A stretch of DNA of 64,000 nt, taken from Eledone cirrhosa. Lineage: Eukaryota. The notes beneath the pieces were generated by a model, which did no database searches, had not been told where the DNA came from, and worked only from the letters and a program-made list of their open reading frames with translations. The stretch lies in NCBI GenBank assembly GCA_964016885.1, contig OZ024743.1:15314001-15378000 (forward strand). Direction: 5' to 3'. Both the position numbers and the translations under genes were made by a program. Position 1 is the stretch's first letter, and the number at the start of each line of letters is the position of its first letter. Below are positions 51,854 to 64,000 of this stretch, in pieces.

Positions 51854-54800
51854 ATGACCTCACTCAGAATAGGCAGCATAAATGCGCGTGGCTTGGGGTC
51901 GTCATGGAAGCAGAGCCACCTGCTCAACGACCTCAGGTCACTAAACATAGATGTAGTGGCCATCAGCGAGACCAGAATCTCCGAAGCACAGGCTTTCGCG
52001 CCGATCTTCGGCGGCTACGATGTGTACGCATCTCCCAGCCGTCCGGGATCGGGGGGAGGAGTTGCTGTGCTTTTTCGGAGAGGTTTGGATCTTGCCATAC
52101 GGGCTATCTTCCTGGACCCAGAAGATAAGTTGGTGGTGCTGGACGTGACCAGCGGAAACGGGCAAGCTTTCAGGTTAGTGGCCGTCTATGCCCCGACAGG
52201 AGCAGGGCGGCCTGATTTCTTCCGGGGTCTTGAGACCTTTCTTGGAACGTCCCGCTCTTTAGTATTAGTGGGAGACTGGAACGGGATCTTAGATGCACGC
52301 TGGGATTGTGTGGGATTAGTGGATTGGAAAGGAGGGTGCAAGAGTCTCACCAACCTACTCAGACGTTTTGAACTGTCTGACAGGTACCGATTAGATTTCC
52401 CGAATGTGCCAATGTGGACTTGGACAAATCACATTGGGTCATCCAGATCATATCTAGATAGAGTATTTTGTAGGGAAATAGATAGGTCTAGCATAGGCTG
52501 TCCACAATTCAAGATAGTCAGCTACACGGACCACAAATTCGTGATCTGTGTGCTTGACTTAGATAGGCTTCATAGACGAGGACCTGGCTACTGGAAGCTA
52601 AACGCGTCCTTACCAGCGCGCAAGGCCTACAGAGACCGGATTAGCGAACTAGTTAAGCGGGCGTTGACGGGGGCCATCGTCAACAACAAGTGGTGGTTTG
52701 CTCTGAAAAGAGCAATTAGAATAGAGTCCATTAGGTTTAGTAAGACTTTAGCAATAGAGAAAAATAGAGCAGAGGGAGAATTAGTTAGAAAATTAGATGA
52801 GGCGCTTAGCAAAGGCATCGCGACCGACGTACTTGCGGCGAAATTGGCCCTTGACCAATTCTTCAATGCAAAGCACGAAGGCTGCGTTGTCAGAGCTAGG
52901 GTTCGTGCTCTCAGACACGAGGGGACGAAAGCCGTTCAATGGGCCCGAGTGGCGGAGGCGCGTCGTGGCAACAAAGTCACGATCCGGTCTTTGGTGGACC
53001 ACGACGGGCGCATGCTACTCGATCCCGGGCAAATGTGTGAAGCTTTTCAGCGACACTTCGCTCAACTGTTCGAAGGCAGTGGCGGGCCGGATCGAGGGAT
53101 GGACTTTAGTGTCTACCTCAACGGACTGCCGCGGCTTTCGGCCACTGAGGCGGAGTGTTGCGAAAAGCCGATAACAACCGCTGAATTACGGGATGCAATG
53201 ACTAGTTGCACAAGGGGTAAATCGCCTGGTTTGGATGGTCTGCCCTATGAACTTTACGTACAAATGCCAAACTTGTTCGGAGGCCTCTTGGCGGACGTCT
53301 ACTGCAACTGGCAACAGAACGGGAGAATTCCCAGCTCTGTGAGCCGAGGAGCGGTGGCGCTGCTGAGAAAGGATCCGAACGAGGGGGATAACATAGATAA
53401 TTTTAGGCCCATAACTCTGCTAAACACAGAGTTCAAGATGTTGGCCAAGGTGCTAGGAAATGGGTTGGCGCTTGTCGTTGGTGGTCTGGTGGGAGAGGCA
53501 CAGACATGCGCCATTCCCGACAGATCCATCCACGGCAACCTCCACCTCATGCGATACATCGTAGAGAGGGTAGCTAGGGAACCGGGCACGGGTGGGTCTT
53601 TGATCAATATAGATCAGTCGAAAGCCTTCGATAGGGTCGACCATCGTTACCTAGCGGCAGTCCTGAGGGCGGCTGGCTTTGGGCCCGTCTTCAGAGGCTG
53701 GATCGCTGCCATGCACAGCGACATCTGCTCTGTAGTGAGAGTGAGCGGTCACCTTTCGGAACCGTTCAACATCATGCGCTCGGTCCGCAAAGGATGTCCC
53801 CTCTCGTCCCTATTGTACGTATTGACTCTCGAGCCATTACTGCATAAACTGGAGACGTGGAGTGGGGTCCCGCGCGAACTAGGATGCGAGAGATCCGTGT
53901 CAGCATATGCCGACGATGTCACCGTAGTGGTGTCGAACGCTAAACACATCGAGGCGATCGGCACTACACTAAGAGAATACGAAGCGGTGACAGGAGCAAT
54001 GATCAACCAGGAAAAGTCAGTGGGCCTGCAGCTCGGCACCTGGAGAGGCAGGTCCATGCCGTCCAACAGCGTCGTCGGGCGCTGGACGGACGGACCGGTT
54101 AAATTGCTAGGGGCCTGGTTCGGTCCAGACCTCCAGACGGACAAAAACTGGGACGAGGTGACGAGCAGGGTGGCTTCTCTCACCCAGAAATGGGCGGAGA
54201 GGAAGCTATCCCTGAAAGGTCGAGCGGAGGTGGCTAACGCGTACATCACGTCTGTCCTCTGCTACCGCCTAACCGTCGTACCTTGTCCTAAGCCTCGCCT
54301 GACTGCGATGGAGCGTTTGCTCTTTCGCTTTTTGTGGAAGGGACGTGCTCCGATGGTCAGGCGGTCCATCTGTTGTCAACACCCGCTACGTGGAGGGCTG
54401 GGCATGCCGTGGCTGATGATGCGCAGGCACGCGCTCAGGCTACGACATCTCCACCTCTTGCTCGACGGTGATCAGGTGTGGTCGCCGTTTGCTAGACGCG
54501 TTTTTCCCCAGCTCGTTTCCTTGACGGAGCTGCAGTCCTGGGTCAAGCGAAGACCGAGAGGGAGCGCCTGGAGACTGGAATGTCTTCAGGCGCTCACAGC
54601 CCTCGACCGATCGGGCAATGTGATCGGTGGAAACTCCACCTCGGCGTTCTATAGAGGATTAGTGGAGGGGAAGAGCGACGATGTACTTGGGGAAACTCTA
54701 GGCGTCGACGAAAATCAACTAGCCAATCTCTTCGGAAGAACTTTCGGGCCAGGGCCTATGGACAACTTCCAGAAATCTCTGGCCTGGCAGTGCTACCGAG

Positions 54801-55259
54801 GAGCCTTGCCAGTTCGGGATAAACTCTACAGGCATGGAGGTGCCGTCAGCCGGGCATGTCCGAGATGCGCGCAGGGCGACGAAACCGTCCTGCACGCACT
54901 CGTCCAGTGTCCGAGCATTGCTGACTTGTGGGTTTATGTCGAACACCTGCTGTCACGTGTAGGACCTATCCAGCTATCAGCTGAGTCCATCGTGAGGATT
55001 TCCCCGCCGGGAAGGGCAGGCAGTTTTTATCTGTCTGGTGGCCATGGCGAAATAGATAGTATGGTGGACACGTTTGAAAGGGCTGAAGACGAGCACTTAC
55101 CTCTTCGGTGATGCCCTGATTAACTTTTTCAAATTTCATTTGAAAAGGAAAATCAGGGTAGAGAGGGAAGTGCTCTCTTCCCAGCATTTTGTTGAAAGAT
55201 GGGTGAGAGAAGCAAGTATGGCCCGAATGAATGGGCCTTCTCTGAGTATGTGTCTGTAA
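51854..55259 (+). CDS. Tx1 ORF2: APE endonuclease + reverse transcriptase + CCHC. Open for 1085 codons; a short deletion near 55009 shifts the C-terminus
   Basis: All APE and RT motifs are present (YADD), but QG is changed to KG in RKGCPLS. The true C-terminus (ARMNGPSLSMCL) is in ORF 55074-55259. Confidence 0.9.
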
Positions 55260-55539
55260 ATTAAAGCTGGAAAACTGGGAGAGGGCACTTGCCCTGGTGG
55301 TCAGGGCCACTGTGGTCTTTTAATGGGCTTTCTCCACAAATGTCCCTTGGAAGTCTCCCCCCTATTGGGGAATTTTTCTTTGTTATTTTATTTCAACCTC
55401 TGTTTTTTTACACGCAGAAATGCCCATTTGTACCGTCCTGTATTGTCCTGTACTGTCCTTAATGTCTACTTTATGTGAACCCTTGTGGTTAATAAAGAAA
55501 ACATTATTATTATTATTATTACTATATTTTTATTATTAT

Positions 55540-58235
55540 TGTTTTTCCTTTTCCTTCATTATTGTTTTTGATATATGCCGAGAGTCTTCCTGACACCTAG
55601 AGCAAATAAATTCACTGTATACATTCGGAAGCCAGTTAACATACCACATTGTATATAATTTACAGCTTATCATTCTTACAGCGGGATATCATTCTTACAG
55701 AGATAGTGCTCTACTCCCCCACCCGCCCCACACATACATCCCTACTAGGGGGATATCAGCTCTTCTCAATAAATGTGCAGTACCATTTAAAACAAATTTT
55801 TACATCACTTGCAGAGAGTGTAACCCAGGAATCATTCAAATACTGTTCTGTTCCGTTGTTGATCATTCCCAGTGCTCCCACAATCATTGGTATTGTAACG
55901 GCCTTGAGGTGCCCTTTCGATTTCAATAAGCCGATCTTTATATTTCTTAGCTTGTCCAATTTTTTTTGCCCCGATATTGTGATCTCATGTGATGCTCATA
56001 TCAATCAGTATACAGACCTTGCTATATTGGTCTTTTACAATGATGTCTGGTCTATTAGCTTTTATTGTCCAGTCAGTATGTACAGGAAAGTCCCAAAGAA
56101 TTGTTACTTTTTCTCCTTCATATACAGCCTCAGGGTGATGATTGATGTCAGCAGATTTGATTTTATAATGCCGACATATTATTCAGTGTAGATATTGGCT
56201 AACTCTGTAATGTCTATATTTGTACTCTACTGGGGTTAAAACTTCACATCAGAAACTAGGTGGTCCACAGTTTCAACCTCAACATTGCAGAATCGGAACT
56301 TTGGATTTACTCCATTTTTCAACACATTGGCCTGGTAATTCCGTGTCAGTAAGCTTTGATCTTGGGCAGCTAAGATGAAGCTTTTGCTCTCTGCTTTTAA
56401 CCCTGAGATACGTAGCCACTGATGGGAGTGTTTTTGGTCAACATCAAATTGTCTGCTACGGGCCACATATTTGCCATGCAGAGGTTTCTGCTCCCAATTT
56501 GATGATAATGGCTCTTGCCCTTTTGCTTTTGCCATTAATTGTGTGTGCTTAGCAGCAACAATTGCAACGATTTCCTCGGTCTGTCCAGCATGGGGCTCAA
56601 GCATGAGATCAGTAGCATATGTTTTGCTCTCCTTCAAGATAGAATGAAGCTTCTCATATTTTTCAACAAGTTTCAGCATACAGTCGTTTGTTATTTCAAG
56701 TTATTTGGCCAGTCCAATAGTGGTGGTCTTGTAGCTAAGTTCAAATTGGATCAAGCCACGGCCTCCTTAAGTTTTAGTAAGGTAAAGACGATCCAAATCT
56801 GCTTTCGGGTGGTGCATCCTATTACAAGTCAATAACTTATGGGTTTTGGTATCGATTCTTTTAATTTTACGCATATTCCAATTCAACACACCGAAGCTAT
56901 AAGTGACAACTTGAGCTGCCAAGGAATTTATGGCTAACACCTTGTGAGCATTTTGTTCTGATTTCAGAACTTCGCGTACTTTCTTGTAACTTTTATTCCT
57001 TATCCCAGTCATTCATATTTGAATGCTGAATGCCAAATGCTAAGTATTTATAAGTTTGTCCCTGCTGAAGTTCTTTTATGCCTGTTTCAGTATCTAATTC
57101 AACTGCGTTTACATTGATAAGCTTCCCCTTCTTGAAAGTCGCTTTGGCACTCTTATCAAGTCCAAACTCCATCCTGATGCCATTACTAAATGCTTTTACT
57201 GTCCGTAAAAGGCCTTCCAGCTCGGCATTGTCTTTGCAATATAGCTTTAAATCATCAATATAAAATAGTTAGCTTATTTTCTTGTTTTCAATTTTGTAAC
57301 CGTACCCAATTCTATTAAGTTCGGATACAAAGGGTATTAAAGCTAAGCAAAAAAAGTAAGGGTGAAAGAGAGTCACCTTGGGAAAAGGTCACAGTTGATT
57401 TTTATATACTTAGAACTTAGTACTCCATTGGAATGAAATACTTGCAGATTTGTGTTCGACAAGGACATTGTGATTCAGAAAGTTTGATATCACAGGTGAT
57501 ATTTTGAAGATGTTCAGTGATTTCTGAATCTTTTTTGTAGGCGATCCATGCAGAACTGAGATTTCTGTGTTTATTATGATAGTTCTCAAGGATCATGCGA
57601 TTAATCAAGAGTTGATCTTTGCAACCATATGAACCTCGTCGGCACCCTTTTTGTTCAATGGAGAAAAGATGTTCTCCTAAAAAAACACGTATGCTTTCTC
57701 CATGAGAATAGTGGTTATTAGCTTATAAGTGGTGGACAAGCAGGTTATGGGCCGATAGTGTTTTGGATCCTAAGTTTCATTGTTCTTGGGGAGAAGGTAA
57801 ATAATGCCACTTGCTAGCCAGTCGGGTGTATTTTTCGGATCTTTCATAATTCCATTGAAGAATTTGACTAATATATTGTGAGTGCACGTGAGTGAGGAAT
57901 CAGAAAGTTAGCACCTTGTCTCTACCAGGAGATTTCCACTTATGAGCTTTACTGAGTGCTGTCCTTAAGACTCATATAGAGATGTCTTCCCATGCTTGTT
58001 CTTGTAACTTTGGGTAGGATGCTTGTAAGCGACTAATCCAATCTACATTAACATTATGTGACTTCTCATCACTCCAAATCGTTCACCAATAATTGTTCAA
58101 CTCCTTCTATGGACGGAGGGTCTTCAGTAGTTATTGTCTATTTTCCTATTTCTGTATAAAATGTCGTGGCATTGGATAAGAACAATTTATTTTGCTTGTA
58201 GAATTTGTTTCGCTTCTCAAATCTACGAATTGTCA
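55540..58235 (-). mobile_element. R4/Dong-like LINE family C, decayed
   Basis: QKPLHGKY, LAAQDQSLLTRNY and HPKADLDRLYL; homologous to 15936-17455; follows (ATT)n. Confidence 0.85.
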
Positions 58236-58334
58236 TCGTTTAGAATATTTTAAGCAATAACATTGGAATGTGAATATGCGGTTAAAATTGTGAAAATATG
58301 AAATTTCCTCATTACTTCTTAAGTCAAACTGATA

Positions 58335-58364
58335 TAATATATATATATATATATAAAACTGAGG

Positions 58365-58443
<79 letters not shown>

Positions 58444-59003
58444 TGAGTTTGAATCCCTAAAACTCAAGAAGTACCCAACCGATTTTTTCAAACTTTACAT
58501 GTGTATTACTTATGTTTCAGGGAGTGCTTTGCACATAGACAAATTCAACTTTTTTATCGCCTAGTCATTAGGTGAAAAACAGCGTTTTTGCAGCTTTTTA
58601 GGGGTTTTTGAGGCGTTACGTCAGACCTATTTCCTTGAAATTGTAACTATGTATTATTCAGTCTCTTCTTCATATCGTGATCATAGACAATCCAACTTTT
58701 TTATGGCCTAGGGCCCACATTAGGTGAAAAACTTCATTTTTTCATCTTTTTAGGGCTCTTTTGAGGCCGATTTTCCCGAAATTTCAAGGCATATTATGCA
58801 CATAAAAAAATTAACTTTCTTGATCCCCTAGGGTCCGCATTAGGTGAAAACCTGCATTGTTCCTGCTTCGTCGAGAAAAATCTTAAAGTATCAGAATATT
58901 TCTTTACATATTTTCCAGGCATGCAGTTTTTCCACGATTAGGTCTGTTGGCGGCCCGCGTTCCAAAATACCTTATCCCGTGCAACGCCGGATACCACTGC
59001 TGG
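58335..59003 (+). mobile_element. Probable non-autonomous Helitron
   Basis: TATATAAAACTGAGGAT followed by (GT)n near the 5' end; three internal subrepeats CCTAG..CATTAGGTGAAAA; 3' GC-rich element CCCGTGCAACGCCGGA followed about 8 nt later by CTGG|T (CTRR). Confidence 0.6.
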
Positions 59004-59466
59004 TATATATATATATATATATATATGTGTGTGAGAGAGAATATGTGTGTGTGTGTGTGTCTGTGTGTGTAAGTAGAAATTTAATTTATTGGAACTGCTT
59101 GAAATAATGTTTCATTATAAAATATATTATTTCTTACCACGATTTCACCTGTCGTTAATGAGATCATCCTTAAAAGATGCAAAAAGAAAAAGAATACATC
59201 ACCAAATCAATTTTTTAAAAAGTGTTTGTTTTTTTTACACAATATTTGTTTCTCTCATTGCAACATAAAAATCAAATATTTCTACACGAGGAGTGGTGAA
59301 TATTTAAAACGTTTTCTTTTTTTAATTTTCTATTGTTTCTGGTTTTCATATCGATATTTCTAACGTATTCTGCACATCCATATTGGTTTATATTTAGTTG
59401 TTTTTATGAACGTATGTATGTAGGTATGTATTTGTACATATGCAAATATATAACTATCACTCTATC

Positions 59467-59584
<118 letters not shown>

Positions 59585-59771
59585 ATATATAAATATATAT
59601 ATATAACAAATAAATTGTGGTAAGGAACCTGGTGGACCATAAAGCACCAGAGTACTCGATACCTAGAGTAGTAGAGTGGGTAACAGGAAAAGAGTCAGGA
59701 GCCCGATGGCTGAGCTTCGCCCGTCTCGACAGCTAGATCCGAATTAGCTCAGCCGTCAGTATCCTGACTTT

Positions 59772-59840
<69 letters not shown>

Positions 59841-60964
59841 TATATACATACACACACGCGCGCGCGCGCGCACAAAACATGCATGTATTGTTTTCGGGGC
59901 TGAATTATTTGCGAACTTCACGTATTGAATCTTCATATGCAAATTTGGCATAATGTATGCTGTTTTAATTCTCAATTGCCGATGGAAAATACGTAGTTCG
60001 TGGACAAATATATAAATGTATAAACATGTTAGCAAGCTCATCTACAGGGAGTAAGAAACAATATGTTGTTTTGGGGCAGGTAATAAGTTAAGCCTAATTC
60101 AACAAAGTCAGTCGTATTGGAAGTGCATGTACAATACATACACAAACTAGTTGCAGCTGAATGAAATGTGTCTATCTCTGTACTATTATAATGCATACGC
60201 CATGGCTCTATGGGTGATACTAGGTTTTGAATGTTCTGTATGTTATTTCTGATGATAATATGGCTATAGTGTATTACGTTTGGGGACATTTTTACTCTAA
60301 ATAAATCATATGTTCCTCTCAATTGATGATATATGAGAACAGTGAAACTTGTGTAAAATAAATAATATATATGAATTCCAACTATAGGATTGGAATATTA
60401 TTTACTATCCATGTTCTGTGATGTTGTATACCTGCACTTATTGGAATTGACCCTATGGATTGTAGCATGGATGTTTTTGTTCCCCATGAGTTTTGAAAAA
60501 AATACTGAGCATTGGATCTACTTGTCATTCTCTAATAAATTTGATCTCTCTACTTGATACACAAACACACACGTGCGCGCGCACGAGTGTTTGTGTGTGT
60601 TATGATTATTCCCTGCACATAATAAAAAACCTTACATCACTAAGATTTATAAAAGTAAGATCTTCTCTGGAGATGGCGTATCTGAGAATTTGCTGTTACG
60701 TAAAATATGCCAATGAAATGCAATGAACAGCTATAAGGTCATATAAAACAATGTGCTGGTATTCTTATTGCCATCTACCTCAGTACTATATATAGAGAGA
60801 TCTGGAAAAATAAGTTTCCATTGCAGAGAGAATACAGTTTATACAAAATGTAGTATGCTCAGGCGCAGGAAATAACTGTAAATATGTATTCCAATATACG
60901 CTTTTGTATTCCAGTTTTAACAAATAATCCACATTTTACAGTGTGTTGTGAGATACAACAGAAA

Positions 60965-61080
60965 CGTTTGGTACCAGGAAGGGCATCCAGCTGATAGACA
61001 TCCTCACAAAATATTGCATTCAATGCATGCGAGCATAGATATGTGGGCTCAAAACTAATTATGATGATGATGATGATGAT
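60965..61080 (+). mobile_element. 3' remnant of a SINE/LINE with (GAT)n tail
   Basis: CAGGAAGGGCATCCAGC...CATGCGAGCATAGA...(GAT)n resembles a common short-retroposon 3' end. Confidence 0.4.
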
Positions 61081-61127
61081 TATGTTATATATATATATAT
61101 ATATATAGTAATAATAATAAATTTGAA

Positions 61128-61400
61128 GACTACGACTTCTGCTATACCATTTACGTGGTTTTGTCTTTGCGTGCTATTGTTCTCTACGATCCACATATGA
61201 CGTATTATCTCCGTTTTTCTCGTTCATTGCCAGAGAACGTCTCTATGCACCACCTAAGAGAACATTAGTCTACGACCTCTTTTATACCATAAACGTGGGT
61301 CTGTCTTTGCGCGTAATTGTTTTTCACCGCTCCTATTAATGACGTATTATATTCGTTTTTTCCCGTTCTTAGCCAGCGAACGTTCCCACGAACCAAAGTA
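61128..61400. repeat. Diverged ~140-bp tandem duplication
   Basis: CTACGAC...TATACCAT...ACGTGG...TGTCTTTGCG...ATGACGTATTAT...GCCAG.GAACGT occurs twice. Confidence 0.8.
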
Positions 61401-61540
61401 TCGTCTTCCTGTCTTCCTCCGGTTGCAACGTTTTTTGAAATATCCAGTTCTGCGTTTACAGATTGACTTTGTTAGTTTCAGAAGATCCCATTAAGGGTGA
61501 AAGCAGCGATTATTTGCTTAAACTTTGATCTGTTATTTTA

Positions 61541-61573
<33 letters not shown>

Positions 61574-61576
<3 letters not shown>

Positions 61577-61750
61577 GTTTCTACTTTTGGCACAAGGCCA
61601 TCAATTACCCAGTGCATTACTGGTACTTTATTTTATCGACCCCGTAAGGATGAAAGGCAAAGTTAACCTCGGTGGGATTTGAACTCAGACCGCAAAGGGA
61701 CGTAACTATGCTGGAAAGCATGGCGTCCGACCCTCTACCGATACTGCCAA
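61574..61750 (-). mobile_element. tRNA-derived SINE, same family
   Basis: Reverse complement of the 34052 copy (ATTGTTTCTAC...CTACCGATACTGCCAA). Confidence 0.9.
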
Positions 61751-64000
61751 GTGCAGAGTGGCTTTACAGATTGGTAAAATCCCGACTACGGCACTAAGTG
61801 TGTTCGGTTTCTGCTGAACACAGAAGCCGATAATGCTTAGCGCTGCGTTCGGGATTTTACATCTCTTTCTCTCTTGCAATATTAAATTCTGACTTATGGC
61901 TGTTCAGAACTGCGTGGTTGGAATTATATGCACTTCAACGTCACTTTGAAAGAAACTTTGTTAGTGTTTCGCTGGTAGCTAATTGTCAGTGCAGCGAGTG
62001 AGAGGATATGTGTAAGAATATATTTCTCCGTGTTTCTTGAGCTGTTTACTAAACATGTGTGATTTGTCTGTGTATGAGTGTATATAGGTTTGTGTCTTAT
62101 TCATATTAGTTATGTTTCAGTAAATTTGTCACATTGAAAGGAATCTTTGTTTTTGAGGATATAGGCCTCTGCCAGGGAAGGATGTATGCATTTGTCGTCA
62201 ATTTTCTTATTTTATTATAGAAAACATCAGTTATTTTCCACATATTTCAATTGGATTAAATAATATTTGTAGATACAAAGAAAAAGGAAAACGACAGGAA
62301 GAAAATTAAATAGCGATATTAATGGAAAAGTCGGTAGAGTGCAGTCCTTATGCCCCTCTCTAGGTGATAAAACTCGAGCCCGCGGACAAAATGACAAAGA
62401 CATTATTGTGAAGAAAAAACAGCGACATCCACGGCATCAGCCACTCGCCTTCGCGCGGATCTTTCTTCAAGCGAATTCTCCCATCCAAAATGTACGAAGG
62501 AAAATGTCAGTTGGGCGACAGAGGAAAGAAGAGTTCTTGACAGTGACTGAAATAGAAAGGAGCCGGTTGGTTAAGGCCCGATATAGAGCTAGATTCAGCT
62601 CCACATTACGACAAGCTGTGCTCGGTTTGTGGCCGAAACTACAAGGGTCATGGCATAAGAACTGTGAATATTTTTATTTCTTGTTTATTGTTGAGATTCA
62701 CTGGCTAGTTTTTGTGAATGTAAATGTGACTCGATGTGTGGGTATAAGTAGGTATCTAGACCATATTGCGAGAGGTGCGCATTCGATATTGGAATAATGC
62801 TTTGTATAGTGTTATTTATATGTTTTTCGGCGTATATAAACTCACACAGTATTGTACAGAGAGGCACATACTTAGATACGCGTACATTCTCATATACGTC
62901 ATTCACTCAACTGCTTTCACTCAGAGGGCTTTAGGCAACCTGTGGCTCTACTATTAAATAATCACCCAATTGTGACACAGGTTGAACGTGAAGCATGGTA
63001 AATATGGATTTAAATTTTTAATATATGTCTATCCATGTCTGCAAAGATAGACATACATTTTACATTCTAAGAAATAAAGATTTTACTTGTTTATTTATGT
63101 AGTTTTGTTATTTTTGTTGTTTTTGAATATTTTCTTAAATGCATATTTCAAGCATAGCGCATTTCTACTAGGCTGGTATTTATTAAAAATCCCGCAGGAA
63201 GCCACCAACCAAATATGAAGAGTTTATACATGTGGCTATACTAATTTAAATATGCCATCTCACTCGCAAACGTACACATTCACAATTACATTCTATGTAT
63301 GCACATATACAGGTAATTAATAAACATACAACTCTCGCACCCACAATGTACACACATATCTATGTAGATTGTTTACAACACTATACACAAGCAGACACAT
63401 ATGTTCGCTATCTTATATCCTTGTACTTTTCAAATATGAAGACTTCGAAATATTTAAAATACAAGGTCGTCCTAAACAGTAGTTAGATGCAGAACACGTG
63501 AATTAAAGGATTTTCAGTCATGTTTATGCTTGGAGTTCAAACACTGTTAGCCTCGATGTTGTCGTTTCACTTTAAGCTCTAAACAACTAACATGCGATAT
63601 TCTCTCACGCCTTTTGTATATATGTATTTACATTTATAAAAAAAAAAAAAAAGCCTTCGTGAGCCACTTTTTTTAAAGTAAATAGAAATTCAAACACGAT
63701 CTAGCGCGAAAGCTGATGTGCTTATTCTCGTGACTGCATCAACCAACCAAACTTCACTCATATATGAAAACACAACCTGAGACCCCCCCCCCCTTCTTTT
63801 TTTTAAGGCAAATATAATAAGAACTTTGTAACACGAACTGGCGCGAAATTTATTATACTTATTCACCAACCAACCAAATTACTTCTCTAAAAACCTAGGA
63901 TTTCGAGCCACTTTTTTTCATATAAAACAGAAGTAACATTCAAACACCAACCAGATGTGAGAAAAACCACAAACCCTCCATCTCAATTCTACTTTTGAAA

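Larger units (their letters stand above)
49637..55502 (+). mobile_element. Tx1/L1-clade LINE copy 4 (least disrupted)
   Basis: Same termini as copies 1 and 2, flanked by (ATT)n. Confidence 0.95.

Noticed and set aside
19988-55310. Recurrent antisense ORFs within the Tx1 and Dong copies
   Set aside because: Shadows of the sense coding frames, repeated because the elements are repeated; no independent motifs.
15450-58235. CRISPR-like or prokaryotic system
   Set aside because: No regularly spaced repeat-spacer array or cas-like ORFs; the content is eukaryotic retroelement DNA.
62273-62797. Open frame with a possible splice acceptor at 62271-62272
   Set aside because: No recognisable protein similarity or partner exons; cannot be supported as a host exon without RNA data.

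Overview
AT-rich animal DNA with abundant (TA)n, (TG)n and (GA)n microsatellites; the SINE and repeat style suggests a mollusc, probably an octopus-like cephalopod (inference). No host gene can be supported. The centre (about 15.45-58.25 kb) is a 43-kb pile-up of non-LTR retrotransposons joined by short (ATT)n runs. It holds four roughly 6-kb Tx1/L1-clade elements (APE endonuclease, RT, CCHC), all on +. It also holds at least seven copies or fragments of three R4/Dong-like families (RT, CCHC, PD-(D/E)xK endonuclease), all on -. Two divergent Dong-like families share a homologous 5' leader, and one Tx1 copy carries a swapped 5'UTR/ORF1. The flanks contain (TA)n-embedded RTE fragments, a Penelope-like element (GIY-YIG), tRNA-derived SINEs, a probable non-autonomous Helitron and several hairpins. 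Six type-I hammerhead ribozyme motifs were found by eye. Three carry the compensatory U3-A8 core, two of these in a 577-bp tandem repeat (retrozyme/pLTR-like). Two others sit on opposite strands of a perfect 449-bp palindrome. Most ORFs in the supplied track are microsatellite or antisense artefacts.
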